A DNA stretch of 63,964 nucleotides, counting the filler, from Basidioascus undulatus (taxonomy: Eukaryota), in assembly GCA_000826855.1 (NCBI GenBank). It is 4 parts of 4 records of this genome, joined end to end, with 100 filler letters (N's around TTAATTAATTAA, not from the genome) between each part and the next. Parts side by side here need not be neighbours in the genome. Positions count along the whole stretch, not along the records: positions 11,255 to 42,834 come from JTLS01000104.1; positions 42,935 to 54,087 come from JTLS01001039.1; 2 more parts are not named here. One strand, written 5' to 3'. Shown here piece after piece: positions 38,278 through 50,663 of this stretch (positions are counted from its first letter, which is position 1; each line of letters opens with the position of its first letter). Under the pieces are notes generated by a model, which saw only the letters and a program-made list of their open reading frames with translations, was not told where the DNA came from and did no database searches. The position numbers and the translations under genes were made by a program.

Positions 38278-40598
38278 CTGCAGGATTGTGTGCGGGTATG
38301 TCGCAGAGTGATCGCTGCTGGCTTTGCGAATGCGATTGGGATGCGAGGGGTGGTAATGAACGGCACGGCCGGAAGGGGTGGTGGGGGTGCGGGGAGGAGA
38401 TCGTGGGTCGGGAGGAAGGGTAGGGTATCGGTATCGGTATCAGCTCAGACCGAGTTGGAGCGTCCACGAGCAGACGGAGGATTGGGCGACTGGGCGCGGA
38501 TGTAGGATGGGGATGACGAACAGATTGAACGAAAGTTAGGGTGAATGGAAGTGTGAAGCAGACGGACAGGGTGCTCGCAAGCGGAGATGACGGCGTGACT
38601 GCGGCCAAGCCCGGAATACCTCGCAAACCCTGTCAAAATCACCTTCGATTCTGGCCACTTCATCCCTCCCAGAATGCAAGAAGAAGTGGAGTGGCCAGTC
38701 AATACCATGCAGAGACCCGTTTTGGAGGGCAGTCTGCTGGAACAGAAAGGTGGGCAGCAGGACCAGTCTGCCCATCTAGTACCTATTGGCCCCCGTGTGA
38801 GATCTGACCCAGTACTCTCGAGTCGTTGGACGCATTTATCCATTGATGTCTGGTAGCGTTACTAATGAATTGAAGATCCGAGAGCATTCTAATTATTTCT
38901 ATGCAGAATGCTCACTAAGAACAAATAATACACCGATGCATGCTCACTGCGGAACTCGCAGCAAAATGAGATGAGGGGCTTGATGGCAGCTGCAGATGTC
39001 GACTTGATACAATGGCACCCAGGGAGAAATGTAACTGCATGCAGGTTGAGCGTGTGCGATGAATCTCTCATGCACTCCAGAGTCTATACACATCTTCAGA
39101 CGGCATGAGGAGAGGTGGGGCTTGGACGGTGAAGTGAAGCACGCTGGCATCCGTCCACACTTTCATCGCATCGCCTGCGGCTGCAAGCAAGTATGCGTGC
39201 ATTCTGGATTTCTGCAGAGCCAGACGCAAGATCAGGTTGTTACGCATCTTCAGATCCCCTATATCTGTGAGTAGTGGTCTTCGTACAAGTCGGCCGATCT
39301 CGCAAACATTTCAGGCGGCCGCGGTGTACAACTGCAAAACTTTGATCAGACCGGTGCCTGACCGCTGACTGTTAGCCCACAGCCTTCTTAATCAGCCAGC
39401 TTGGAGACAATTTGTCGCTCATATGGCCGGCTAGGAGCGTTTCTGATGAAAGTGGAGGATGAAGGTCCTGAAACATGTGGGATGGCGGGCCACAATAACG
39501 TCGCAAAGACTAGTGACTGCCGTGGTAGCGAAGTGAACCCTGCATCCTACCGAAGAACCGATGAGCCATGTCAATATCCGAGGGTATTCATTCGACATAT
39601 TCTCCTCGTCAATTTGCTGAAGAAGACCTGGAGCTCACACTACTCCTTGTCGCTTCCCACGCAGCAGCTCAGATGCAGGATGTCCACCCACCACGGAAGC
39701 GGCGCAGAGTGAATGCTGCACGTCAAATGTAGATAGGAAGGTGCGAATCCATGAGCAAGGCTCGGACGCCTTTCAACAGACTCGTGCAGAAAACAGTGGC
39801 GATTGATTTCATCCACAGCCCCGAATGGCAACCTCCTGCAGACCAAACAGCCTGCTTCGTCAACGCACTACAGCGACATCAGTCTTACTCTGAAAGCCCC
39901 TTTTATTTCGAGTCTATTATGCGACAAGCTCCTTGACCTTTAGAGGAAGGTGGCAGGCATTCCTGCTTCTCTTCGCCGGCGACGCGCGCCCTTCATCCTG
40001 ACTTGATCAAGTCAAGCGGGTGTCAGACGTGCACACTTTCAGTGCATTTCCATACATTCCCACGGTGCCTGTAAATGTTTGAGCAAAAAAGCCAAATAAC
40101 GCAGACTACACCGCGATTGTAGGAGCAGACACCCCGAAAGAGCCAGCTCAAATCGCATCCCCCCCGTCCCGTGCATTCCCTGTCAATAAAGCGCGGTCGC
40201 TCTGCGTGCGTCGAACGGCAATTTCAAGCATCTGGGGCGTCGACCCATTCAAATCTTACAGAAATACCATTCCCGGTTTTAACATGAGGTCATGTACGCT
40301 ACCTTACTCCGCTCCTAGAGGCCCCGCAGGGCAGTCGGTAGCAATGCACTTCGAGGTCGTGGTATCTATGACATGGCAACAACGGAGAGTACCGAGGGAA
40401 AAAAAAACCGGACAGAAAGATATTGTCAAAGTGTGCGTGTGCGGGTGATAAGTGCGTGCGGGAACAACATAATGGGGGGTATCGGTACGAGCAGAACAAC
40501 AGCTCCTCACTTCCCCTCCTCCCTCCCTCTCCCTACCCCCTCTGGCTTCCATCCTCCCACTCATCCCTTCTCCTCTCCTCCGCGACCCCTGAGCACCA

Positions 40599-42083
40599 TC
40601 ACCGCATCGCCGTCTCCCCCCTCTCGAGCATCCCGACCGCGCCCACGATGACTTTGCTTAGCGTGGGCCCAAGCAGCCCCCGGCGCTGGACCTCCATCCC
40701 CTTGCCCTCCTCGCCCGCGGCGTTGTTCGCCTCCTCCTCGTCATCCAGCCGCATCGCGCGGTCGATCTCGAGCGGGATGTTCAGCGTCACCCGCGCGAGC
40801 TGCAGCGTCAGACGCAGGCGACCGAAGACGTCGAAGTAGGCTGGTGGTGGAGAACGACGGCGCGTCGAGAAGGTGGAAGGGTAAGTAAATGCGACAGTAT
40901 AGCTGAATAGGATGAACAGCATACGCACAAAGTTGGCGTAGCGTGGACTGGATCTCGTACAGGCGGAAGAGCTCGTGTCGGATGACGTTGAAGTATTTCT
41001 TTCCGGCTGTTGCGAAATGCGCGGAGTATCCCAAGGCACCGTCAGCATGGTCTTCGCACAAGCAGAGGGACTGAAAGAGGTCGAGACAGACCTTGCAAGA
41101 TGTCCCGTATCCGCCTAAACAGCCCTTCGAGCGAATCGATCGTATCGTCATCCACGCCCAATCCCATCCCATGCCCCTCGTTCCATCCATCTACCCAGTC
41201 CCACATCCCATCAGCACCAACTCCCATTCCCAGCTCTGGATCGGCGCCTTACTCAACAGCGTCCTGATGATCTCGAAGTCCCCGCGCATGAACTCGTCCA
41301 GCACCTGCCACAGCACGGAGTTGAGCGTCTCGTCACCGTACGACGCGCCCAGGTTTGCGTCGAAGCCTGGCACGCCGCCGCGTGCGCCCGCCCGCTGCGG
41401 GCCAGCGAGGTCGTATAGTCGTCGCGAGGACGGCTTGGACAGTGTCTGATACGCGAACGAGAGCTTCTGGAAGGCGGAGGTGGATGGCTCGTAGTTCGGA
41501 AATTTACTGCGCGCGTCCCATCAAATCGAATGTCAGCACCTCTTTTCGGGATTTCAGGACCGAGTAGGGGCAGCGTAGGGACGTACTCAGGATGCACCAC
41601 CCGACTTTTGAAGATGTACGCGCGCCGGATCTCCTCGGGCTTGGCGTCGCGCGGTACGCCGAGAACGCGGTAGAGGTCCGGCTCCTCGTTGATCTCGTCC
41701 ACGAGCGCGTACTTGGTCTCCTCGTCATCGACGAGAGGCTCGGCGACGGCGCGCTTCTGGCGCGGGGAAGTGCGGCGCTTGACAGGCGAACCTGACGCAC
41801 CGTGGCGCCGGGCGTTGCGGCGGTGCGCGAGCGGGGCGGGGGGTGGAGGGGGAGGTACACGAGAGGGGATGTAGGATGCCGCTGTTGCAGATGAGAGTGT
41901 GCGTCAGTCGGAGAACGGGAACATCGGTTAGGACGCAGTGCAGCGGGTGGCAGTGGTACCGATGGCTCCACTCCTGACTCCAACCCACCACGCCCACACA
42001 GATCCCACCATTCCAGATAAATCATTGTCCCATGAATGATACCAGGGCTCACCAGACGATATGTACCCAAACAGCGTTGCCAT
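40599..42083 (-). CDS. DnaJ (J-domain) protein
   Basis: DLYRVLGVPRDAKPEEIRRAYIFKSRVVHPD-KFPNYEPSTSAFQKLSFAYQTLSKPSSRRLYD, with HPD completed across an intron. Start approximate. Confidence 0.85.
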
Positions 42084-42735
42084 GCCTATCGTCAAGGCAA
42101 GGTGCACAAGGATGGAGCACCGCGAGGAAGTGCTGAATCGAGTCGAGCGAAGTCTCAAGCGTATGCTCTAGACCGACAAGAGAAAGGAGGCGGAAAAGTG
42201 CGTGCACCAAACTACAGCCACGCCGCCGAGGACTTCGAAGATCTGGCCGGTGCGAGGGGCGGCTTGGTCCCAGAGAGCTCGCTCGACCGGATTCTGGGTG
42301 CGACCTGTCGCTGTGACTGCCGGCGTTCAGAACGCGATGGTTGGTGAGTAACCGAAAACAGTGAAGAGCGTGAGCTTGATTTGACGAGAGGTGATGGTCG
42401 GCAGTTAAGATTGAGGGGAGCGAGGAGGCGGCGAACGTGCCTTGCGGTGTGCCGTCTGTCACGTGAAAATCAAAGTCTGCCTTTCACGGCTGGCTGTACG
42501 CAGCCCTTGGTCCAAGGATAATGAAACGTATCACTTCTAGACAGCAATGATACATAAAAACTACAGGTATTATGTGGAAGTCTTTCACTCCAGGCTACCT
42601 CAGCCGGCTACAGCTGCATGTTGCAAAGAGCGAAAGGCAGTCGGACACAGACAGTCATCATTCTCTCTCTAGCACAATATGAATCTTCTAAAAACTTGAC
42701 ATAAAAATTACAATGCCTGTCTGACAGAACAACAG

Positions 42736-42748
42736 AAAAAATGCAAAA
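42736..42748 (-). terminator. RNA Pol III terminator of tRNA-Ala
   Basis: T4 and T6 runs immediately 3' of the tRNA on the minus strand. Confidence 0.65.
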
Positions 42749-42751
42749 GGA

Positions 42752-42824
42752 TGGACATTCCCGGAATTGAACCGGGGACCCCCTCAATGCGAATGAGATG
42801 TGATAGCCCCTACACCAAATGCCC
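42752..42824 (-). tRNA. tRNA-Ala (anticodon CGC), intronless
   Basis: GGGCATT/AATGTCC acceptor stem with the G3:U70 alanine determinant; anticodon loop TTCGCAT; T-arm CCCGG-TTCAATT-CCGGG; discriminator A. Confidence 0.93.
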
Positions 42825-42834
42825 GTTGGTGATG

Positions 42835-42934
42835 NNNNNNNNNNNNNNNNNNNNNNNNNNNNNNNNNNNNNNNNNNNNTTAATTAATTAANNNNNNNNNN
42901 NNNNNNNNNNNNNNNNNNNNNNNNNNNNNNNNNN
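42835..42934. other. Artificial contig spacer
   Basis: 44 N + TTAATTAATTAA + 44 N. Confidence 0.97.
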
Positions 42935-43442
42935 CCCCTCTGCCCTCCCCCCGCACACGCACATCGCCTCCCCATCCAAGACCCCCGCCTCCCCCGCACG
43001 CAGACGACACATCGTCGTCTCCTCGCGTCGGAGGCGACCGCTCGCGCCGCCCACTCCCGCGTCGGGCTCGGGCCGGAGAGCAGGCGGTGGCGGTGGGGGG
43101 CGCGGCAAGCGGCGGGAGAGGGGGGACGATGAGCGGCGGCTGGACCACATGAGCTCGACGCTGGAGCAGTTGATCGCGGAGGGGCAACGCGCGCTGCAGG
43201 AGACGGTGGACGTCTCGGACCTGGACGTGTCTGACGAGGACGACGAATACTCCGATTACAACTCCTCGTCCTTCTCCCAGCCTCCGGTTCCCACACAGCC
43301 TTCCTTCGCCAGCTCAAACTTCTCTTTCGACTTCTCCACGCCTTACCGCCCCTCGCCCGCCGACCCGTTCCCCACGAGCTCGTCCGTGAACGCGACCCTG
43401 TTCAGCGGTCGAGGAGGGACACCGCCCTACCCGCGCTACTAG
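42935..43442 (+). CDS. 3' end of an unknown gene, truncated by the contig break
   Basis: Open frame from the gap through ..DDERRLDHMSSTLEQLIAEGQRALQETVDV.. to TAG at 43442. Confidence 0.6.
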
Positions 43443-45307
43443 GACTGCGCTGGACACTTGGTTTTGTTTCGTTTAGCTTGATTCTTTCATTCGGTTTACG
43501 CAGCATTCACATCCCGTTCATGATTACATCTATGATACCCGCTATGCATTTCACGACCCCCACATTCATCTCCCCCACGCCCACCTCCCCCATATTCACC
43601 CTTCTCCACACATCACATTCACCTCCTACACACATTCACACTCAACTCGCATTTCGAACCCAGTCGCATTCCCGATCACACGACTTTGACGGCACCTTTT
43701 TACCTTCTAATTCGATGGCCGTTTGCGCTATTGAACTGTTCGCTCTGCGCGCCGGCCAGCCCGCGGCCCAGGCAGGGACCGAAAGGCAGTGGCCGCGCTG
43801 GGCTTAAGACTATGCGCAGAGAACATTGACATGGACCCCTTTGGCAAGGACATCGTGCCCCGGCAGGCGCAGTGAGCCTAAGGCATTGCAGCACCTCTGA
43901 AATAAACGACCACGCACCTCGAGCTTGGCACGTAGTGGCGTATACTGCAACAATGGCTGCTGGATCCCCTCAACTGATAATGTATCCGACAATTCCGCAA
44001 GTCAGTTTCACCAATCGAGATGTTTCCATGAAGCCTGCTCCGCTCAGCAGGCGCTGCTTCCTCGCTTCGTAGCCAGAGACAGAAGTGCATCAGGGGATGG
44101 TCGTAGGGCGGTGGTGCTTCCACCCACTGTTCCAATGAATATCCCCTATCGGTAGGTTCTATCTTCCTCGGTGGTTGTCACAGGTAAACTTGCATTTCCC
44201 GGAGAAAAGGTGGATCATCAAGGGGCCTGGGGAAGCCTTGAAAAGTCCCTACAAAGTTGACTTTCTGAAGTGAATACTGGGGTAATAAACATACACCTTC
44301 GCTCGTCCTCGTCATTGAGCGCGCGCAGCGGTACACACTTGGAGTGAAAGTAAACGAGCCGGCGCAGGACTGCCTCAGGCTTGTCTACGCCGGCCGAACA
44401 CTCGAGTGCGTAAGTAGTCGTTGTGCATGAGGTCCAACCCTGTCAAAAATAAAAGAATAAATAACACAGAACGACAAGCCGGCGAGGTAGAATGTCCACC
44501 GAACAGCTCCGTGAATTCCTTGGAATGCATCAGGGGCACCAGACCGTCCAGCATCCGACCGTTGGCAGCCTTCAAAACGAAGCGCCTCGTGCTCCCCAAG
44601 GCCCTCCCGAAAGCGCTGTTTCTTGAGGTCCGTAAGATCATACAGATTCTTGTCGTTGATATGTGCAATGAAGTTGAAGTGAGGACGGAGCGACTCCCAG
44701 TCGTGCCTCCGATGCTCTCGCTCTTGCGGCTGATTCTGTGGCAGCCATAATGCGAGAGCAGGGATGTCCTTGGTGTGCGGTCAAGGCTCAACGAACGGAC
44801 GGATCCTGTGGCTCGAAGAAAGGATGGCTTCACCGGTGCTCACTATCAAAGTCCCAGAAGACCACACAACCTAGTAGCCGAGGAATAGTTATTGAGGCTT
44901 GGTGTGAATATAGCCCTGGCGATGTCAATCCTTTGCCGGGTGGTCCTCCTCTGGGCGACGCCCAGCTCGAGAACATGATGCAGAGGCAGGCAGGGAGAGC
45001 GGCGTGTGGTCTCATCCGATGTACACTCCCTGTGCGGTATCATTACATAGTCTTCAACTGTACAATTGTCGCTTGCGCGGATGTTCGAATCAGTTCCCTA
45101 TTTGTCACACAAGCGCTTATTTCCAAAGCCTTCTGAGAATACTTACGCCCACATTGACCCACACGCTCACGCTCATTCTGCTTCGACTGACACTTGCAGC
45201 ATCACAACCATCCATCCACTATCCACTCCTCTAGCTCCAGGCCCAGCCTAATGCAGTCTATGCAATCAAATCATCTCCCGCCTCCCCTGCATCCTTTCCC
45301 ACTTAAA

Positions 45308-46307
45308 TCAATCCAGCCCATCCGCCTCCGGCAAATCATATACCTTCCCATTTACAGCCGGGTCGTACCTGCCCATACCTGCGCCGTCGCCCACATCGGC
45401 CGCAAAAAAGTCTCGCAGCTCGAGCGGGCGGGGTTTGGCATTCTGTTTCCGACCACCGACGGTTCGTTCAGTTCATCCCTTCCCGACCTCCAAAGCAGAA
45501 AGAGAAAAAGAAAGAAGAAGGAGCGGGAGGGACGAAGAAAAGAGAGGAGGAGAGGAGGAAGGAACGCACCTCCAGCTCCTCGGCCGCCAGCAGGCGCACG
45601 TCCCCGCCCTTCTCGCGCAGCAGCTCGCGCACGGGCTGCATCGCCGCGTTCCGGCACGCCTCGCGCAAGTCGGACCCCGTCAGGCCGTCCGTCTGCCGCA
45701 CGAGCGCGTCGAGCGGGAAGTCAGGCTCGAGCTTGGTCCTGGCTAGCATCTGGTGTGTTGAAAAAGCCAAGGTCAGCCTCGTTTCAAATTTTCGGTGAGG
45801 ATGAGGGAAGGGGCGTGGCGAAGAAGGAAGACGGGGAAGAAGAAGACAGGATGGGAAAAGGGACGCACGATGTTGAGGATGTTCCGCCGCTGGCTTGCGT
45901 CCGGCAGGCGCACGGCAAACCGCTTCGGCATCCGGCGGAGGATGGCTTGGTCGATGTCGTTTGGCCGGTTCGTAGCGCCCAGGACGAGGATGCGGTCGGA
46001 CGCGCCGGACGTGAGACCGTCCCAGAGGCTGTTAAAATGGGAGGCCGGGTCAGTCCCGCGGATGTGTAAGGGCAGAATGAAGGATGCGGTCAACACACGT
46101 CATGAACTCAGCCTTCATCATGCCTGTGACCTCGTGGTCGCCCCTGCCGCGCTCACGAAGGAACGAGTCGATCTCGTCGATGAAGATGATGCTCGGCTGG
46201 AGCTTGCGCGCCAGCGAGAAGAGCGCGGCGACGAGCTTGTTGGACTCGCCGAACCACTTGTCCGTCAAAGTCGACACGTGCATGTTGATGAAGGTCGCGC
46301 CGGATTC
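45308..46307 (-). CDS. MSP1: Msp1/ATAD1 AAA-ATPase, C-terminal part only (no TM anchor, no Walker A)
   Basis: [97 protein letters not shown]. Confidence 0.88.
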
Positions 46308-46337
46308 CTGGACCGCGGGGTTCAGCAACGTCCAAGA

Positions 46338-47683
46338 CTACGCGCGAAGTAAAAGTAAGGCAGGTAGAGGGAGAGGGTAGGGAGATGGAAGGGGAAGCGG
46401 AGGAGGAGGAGGAAGAGGGGAGAGGGGCGTGAGGAGGTAGGCGGCGATTTCGGAGTGCAAGGGCGCGAGGGGGTGGGTGGAGGGAGGGGAAGGATAGGTG
46501 GGAGCCGAAGGGTTAGAGTGCGGTGGTGGGGGAGTTGGCGTGGGTGGCGTGGAAGGGAGGGACGTTGAGGACGGGGAATGGGAGGTGGGGAAGGGGAGAG
46601 GTGCAGGGAGGGAAAGCGCAGGGTGGCCGGGCACGATGCGCCCGAGGAGGGCGGGCGCAGACTCGCGTGGGTTGGTTGATATTGATGGGATGCCTAGGGT
46701 TTACGCCGTGAAGCCAGCAGGGTCGGACGTGTGAGCTTGTGAGGTTTGGGGATGCAAAGCTGCAACGCATGCATGCGGGGGGGCACACAATGATAATTGT
46801 GCATGTCCGCCTCGCAGCATACATGTACAGGTAGACGGCCAGTATGGAACGTGGTCCGTCTGTCCCACCCTGCAAAGCAAGCGTGAGCGACTCACCGCAT
46901 ACTTCCGCCTTCGCGCACAATGCCTTGTCGTTAGAGAACAGCATCGTCGGCAGCCCCGCGAGCTCCCGGTACGCCAAGCAAGCATCCAGGATCTTGTCGT
47001 CGTTCTCCTGCTCGCTCCCCACGTAAACCAACTCCGTCCCGATCCCTTCCCACTCCCTACAACGCACCTCGATATTGGCATCCCCCGGCGCTCTGTAGAC
47101 TTCCTCCAACCTCTGCCCTCTGACCACCCCGCCTTCCCCCGCGCGGTGTCGCCGCAGTTCCTCCAAGATCCAGTTTGTCGCGGCGCGCGCCTGCGCGCCG
47201 AGCTTGGAAGACGTCTTTTGGTGGTCGAGTTCGCGGAGGACGATGAAGGGGATGAGGAGAGTGAATGAGGGCGGATGAGGGGAGCCGATGAGCTGGGCGA
47301 GAGCGGCAAGGAAAGGCTGGTGGGAGAGGAGGATGTTGGTGTCTAGGACGAGGACAGAGTTGGCTGGGAGCGTGGGCTGCGGGTGCGGTAAGTCCCGGAT
47401 GGAAGATGGTCATTTCGCAAGGGAGCGGCTGCATACGCACAGTATCGCTAACCTCCATCATCCATTCGTCCCTCCCCGCCCAGCCATCCCAGTGCACATT
47501 CCTGCGCGCCTCCTGCACGCCCCGGACGGCAGCCTGGACGTGCAGGACGTCCTCGCCGTCGACGTCCATCCCCTCGGACCGCTCGACGTGCTCCTCGTAC
47601 AGCCCATCGATGATGAGCGTCACAGGCGCTGAGGAGGCCACAAAGTCGGCGGGCGGGATGTACGAGTCGGCGTAGGTCACCAT
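46338..47683 (-). CDS. PIN-domain ribonuclease-like protein (Swt1-like), 3' end doubtful
   Basis: VLVLDTNILL..LLIPFIVLRELDHQK..ARAATNWI..ENDDKILDAC..MLFSNDKALCAKA: PIN acidic motifs intact. Confidence 0.8.
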
Positions 47684-47910
47684 ACAGGCATCGAGGCGGT
47701 GGCGTGTCTGGGGAAGGTGCTGGTCTGAGTTCAAGCGGGCTCGGGAAGGAGGTGGGGAAGTTTGCCGCCTTCCTTTCTCCTTCTTTTCTCCTTCCTCCTC
47801 CTGAGTCCCGCCTCCATCACTTTGCTCACACCCCTACTGATCTTGCTTTCTATTTACAACTTCACACTAACACTCGATTCGAACTCATCGAAATATTCGC
47901 CGAACCTTGC

Positions 47911-49136
47911 ATGACTGACCCCATCACATCATCCGCAATGACCTGCCCCACCGCCGCCGCCACATCCCTGCGCGTCCTCAAGCGCACTCTCCGCAAAGAG
48001 ATGTCGCGAGTCCTGTCGGAGCTCCCATCAGAAACGGTCTCGGGCGAATGTGTGATCTTCTCGAACCAGACTATCCTCCGCATCGGTAGCGTTGTCGAGC
48101 TGAACCCCGCCACGTCTTGCAGCACGTGCTGTCGCCAATTACATCCTCTCCTCGGAACTCTATGCGCGCTCTGAACGCATCAGCGTCTACCTCAGCATGT
48201 CGACCGCCGAGCTTCAGACGTCCCATATCGTCCGGGGTGCCCTTCGTGACGGTTTGTCCATTCCGTTCATTCCATCTCTTCCTTCCCCTTTCCCTTTCCG
48301 GTCCTCCCTCCTCTTTGGCCACTTCTGATCGCTCGGTATACTAAAATTTGGTCGGGAACGCACAGGCAAGAAGCTCTTCATCCCGCTCATCCACCCCTCC
48401 CGCGATCCCGCGACCGACACCGACCTCCCGCCGCGCACGGAGATGTCCATGCTCCGCCTTCGCTCGCTTGAGGAGTACGAGGGGCTCAAGAAGAACGGGT
48501 GGGGTATCCCGGAACCTGACCCACAGGAGGCAGGGGAGGACGGTGAGTCTGGGGGGCGGGCTGTAGCCCATTCAGTCAGAGTCATGGAATGCTCACAGGG
48601 CGAAATGACAGCTCTTGCGGATGACCAGCCGGGGTTGGACTTGATCCTGATGCCTGGTCCGCCCTCCATCGCTCTTCCCTTTTCAGATCAATGAGATTGT
48701 GTAGACGTCTCATGTTTTCTTCGAACGCGCAGGAGTCGCCTTCGACCGCCAGCTCAACAGGCTCGGGCACGGAAAGGGATTCTGTGCGCCCTTGTTCCCC
48801 GCATATCAATTCCACCGCAGCGTAATCTGATTAGCACTCTTTCGCGCAATGAACAGACGACCGGTACATCACGCGCGCAAATGCCCACGCCGAGGCGCGC
48901 TCCCAGCATTCCCCAACACTTGGTTCGTTCCTTTCTCCCAGAACCCGATATTTGCTCGCAAGTAGGACTGAGCCCTGCCCTGCACCAACACAGTCGCCCT
49001 TGCCCTCCGCGCGCAGCTCCTGCCCCCCGAGAAGATCGTGCCCACTGACGCGCTCGACCAGCCGCTCGATGCGCTCGTGAGCGCTGATGGATGGGTCTGG
49101 CCTCGGGGAGAGGAAGAGGGTGAGGGTGGAGGGTGA
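47911..49136 (+). CDS. FAU1: 5-formyltetrahydrofolate cyclo-ligase (MTHFS)
   Basis: [67 protein letters not shown]. Start 47911 or 47938. Confidence 0.9.
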
Positions 49137-49617
49137 GGGTGAGGTTAAGGCTTGATGCGCTCCATGAGCCCGTTCGACTTTCGTGCGGAGGTGAAGGGAG
49201 AGGAATGTCTGGAAGGGATGTGGATGGCTGAGAGGGTGACACATGTGATTGATCGGAAACAGCGTTGGGACAGCATGAATGATCAAACGTTTTGATAACT
49301 GAGTGAATTTGATTCTAACGAGTGCTTTGTCAGGTAATCAACGTAAGCCTTTTCACACCGATTATGTGCGGTGGTTGCTAGCCTGCAGTTTTCTTGAATA
49401 GCATGAAATTTCAGGCGCAAAGTACAGCTGTTCGAGCTCAATGTTTTATAGAAAGTTCGACTCTTAACAAGTGATGGTTGTTTGTAGAACCCATTTCATG
49501 AAAGACGACACCGAGCGCGCAGCGGGAACCAGCTGATTGTGTTTCCTCGCCGTGGGTCAGGTAACAGTACGCGATCGAGGCTGAAAAGAAATGCGGACTC
49601 ACTGGGCCCCTCCCGCC

Positions 49618-50480
49618 TTACGCAGGGGCATGCCACTCATCTTTGAGGTCCCTGACTCCCAGCACGGCCAGCCCTCCGCTCGCGATACGCTCAGAGGCAG
49701 GCACCGCCCCAGCATCCTTGCGCACCGCGTCAAGGCGAACCCAGAGGTTGTGCAGCCTGTTCGCCAGCGCGGACGGTCCCTTGGTGAAGACCTGGAAATC
49801 TTGGGGCACCAGAAAGAGTCAGCACATGTCGACAGCTGGAAAGTCGACTTGCTGCGTCGGTCGGTAGGTGGACGTACCTCCATGGAGGAAGTTGAGCCTG
49901 TGCCGATCGCGGCCTGCTCGCCCTGGAACAAGACGCAGTCGTAGATGGTTTGGACCGCCCATTCCGGCGGGCTGTACGTGTTGCCTGGGATAGGGAAGTG
50001 GAGGAGCACCTAACAGCGAAGCAAAGCAGTTCAGAGGAGGGGGTGCAGCGTCGTCATCTAGCGAAGTCTGGGGAAGTACCTCGGCTTTGATAGGAGTGGC
50101 TTTGACCTCGGGCAGTTGGAGATAGGTTTTTCCCTTGTGCGTCGTGTAGGTCTGCATGAACATGTGCATGGTTTTCCTCCGCAGCGCGGTCAGGGCGGAT
50201 GAGGAGGGTCAGAAAGGGCGTCTGTGCGAAGAGGATGACAGTCGAGGAAGGGCAGACGCACCCAAAGCAGGCGGATGTCCTCGATGTCGCGCATCTCCAG
50301 GAACTTAGCCAGCTCCGGGGCCGTCATCTCCGCCAGGTCCTCCCTTCCCTCGGGGTAGCGCCTGGAGGCGCTCGGCTCGCTGGACTGCACAGGGATTACG
50401 GAAAGGGACGGCTCTGGCAAGGGGATGCGCGACGCTGTGTCAATTTCTCCTTCCAGCTCGACGCAACCACCAGCTTCCAT
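49618..50480 (-). CDS. Hypothetical protein (multi-exon)
   Basis: Three to four coding-like segments with plausible GT-AG introns (ELAKFLEMRDIEDIRLL; LLHFPIPGNTYSPPEWAVQTIYDC; LANRLHNLWVRLDAV); no recognised family. Confidence 0.4.
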
Positions 50481-50663
50481 CAGCTACCAACGGCTGCTTG
50501 TAGAGTGAGAAAAATATTTGTCCCTGGTACGATAGCTTGTATCAACAGCCCACGGAAAGCCCCTTAATCCTGAATGACGAGTAAAGCGAAAAGAGTATCA
50601 TGCATGCGCCCTCCCCCTCACCTCTCCCTTCTCCTGCCCGTCCGGCCCATTCTCTCGCTCTCC

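Noticed and set aside
38650..38700. Inverted repeat CTGGCCACT..AGTGGCCAG as MITE ends or a terminator
   Set aside because: Only 9 bp, no target-site duplication, expected by chance in 64 kb
43800..45140. Scattered ORFs of 60-150 aa between the partial gene and MSP1
   Set aside because: No recognisable motifs or consistent exon chain; may be decayed sequence but cannot be supported
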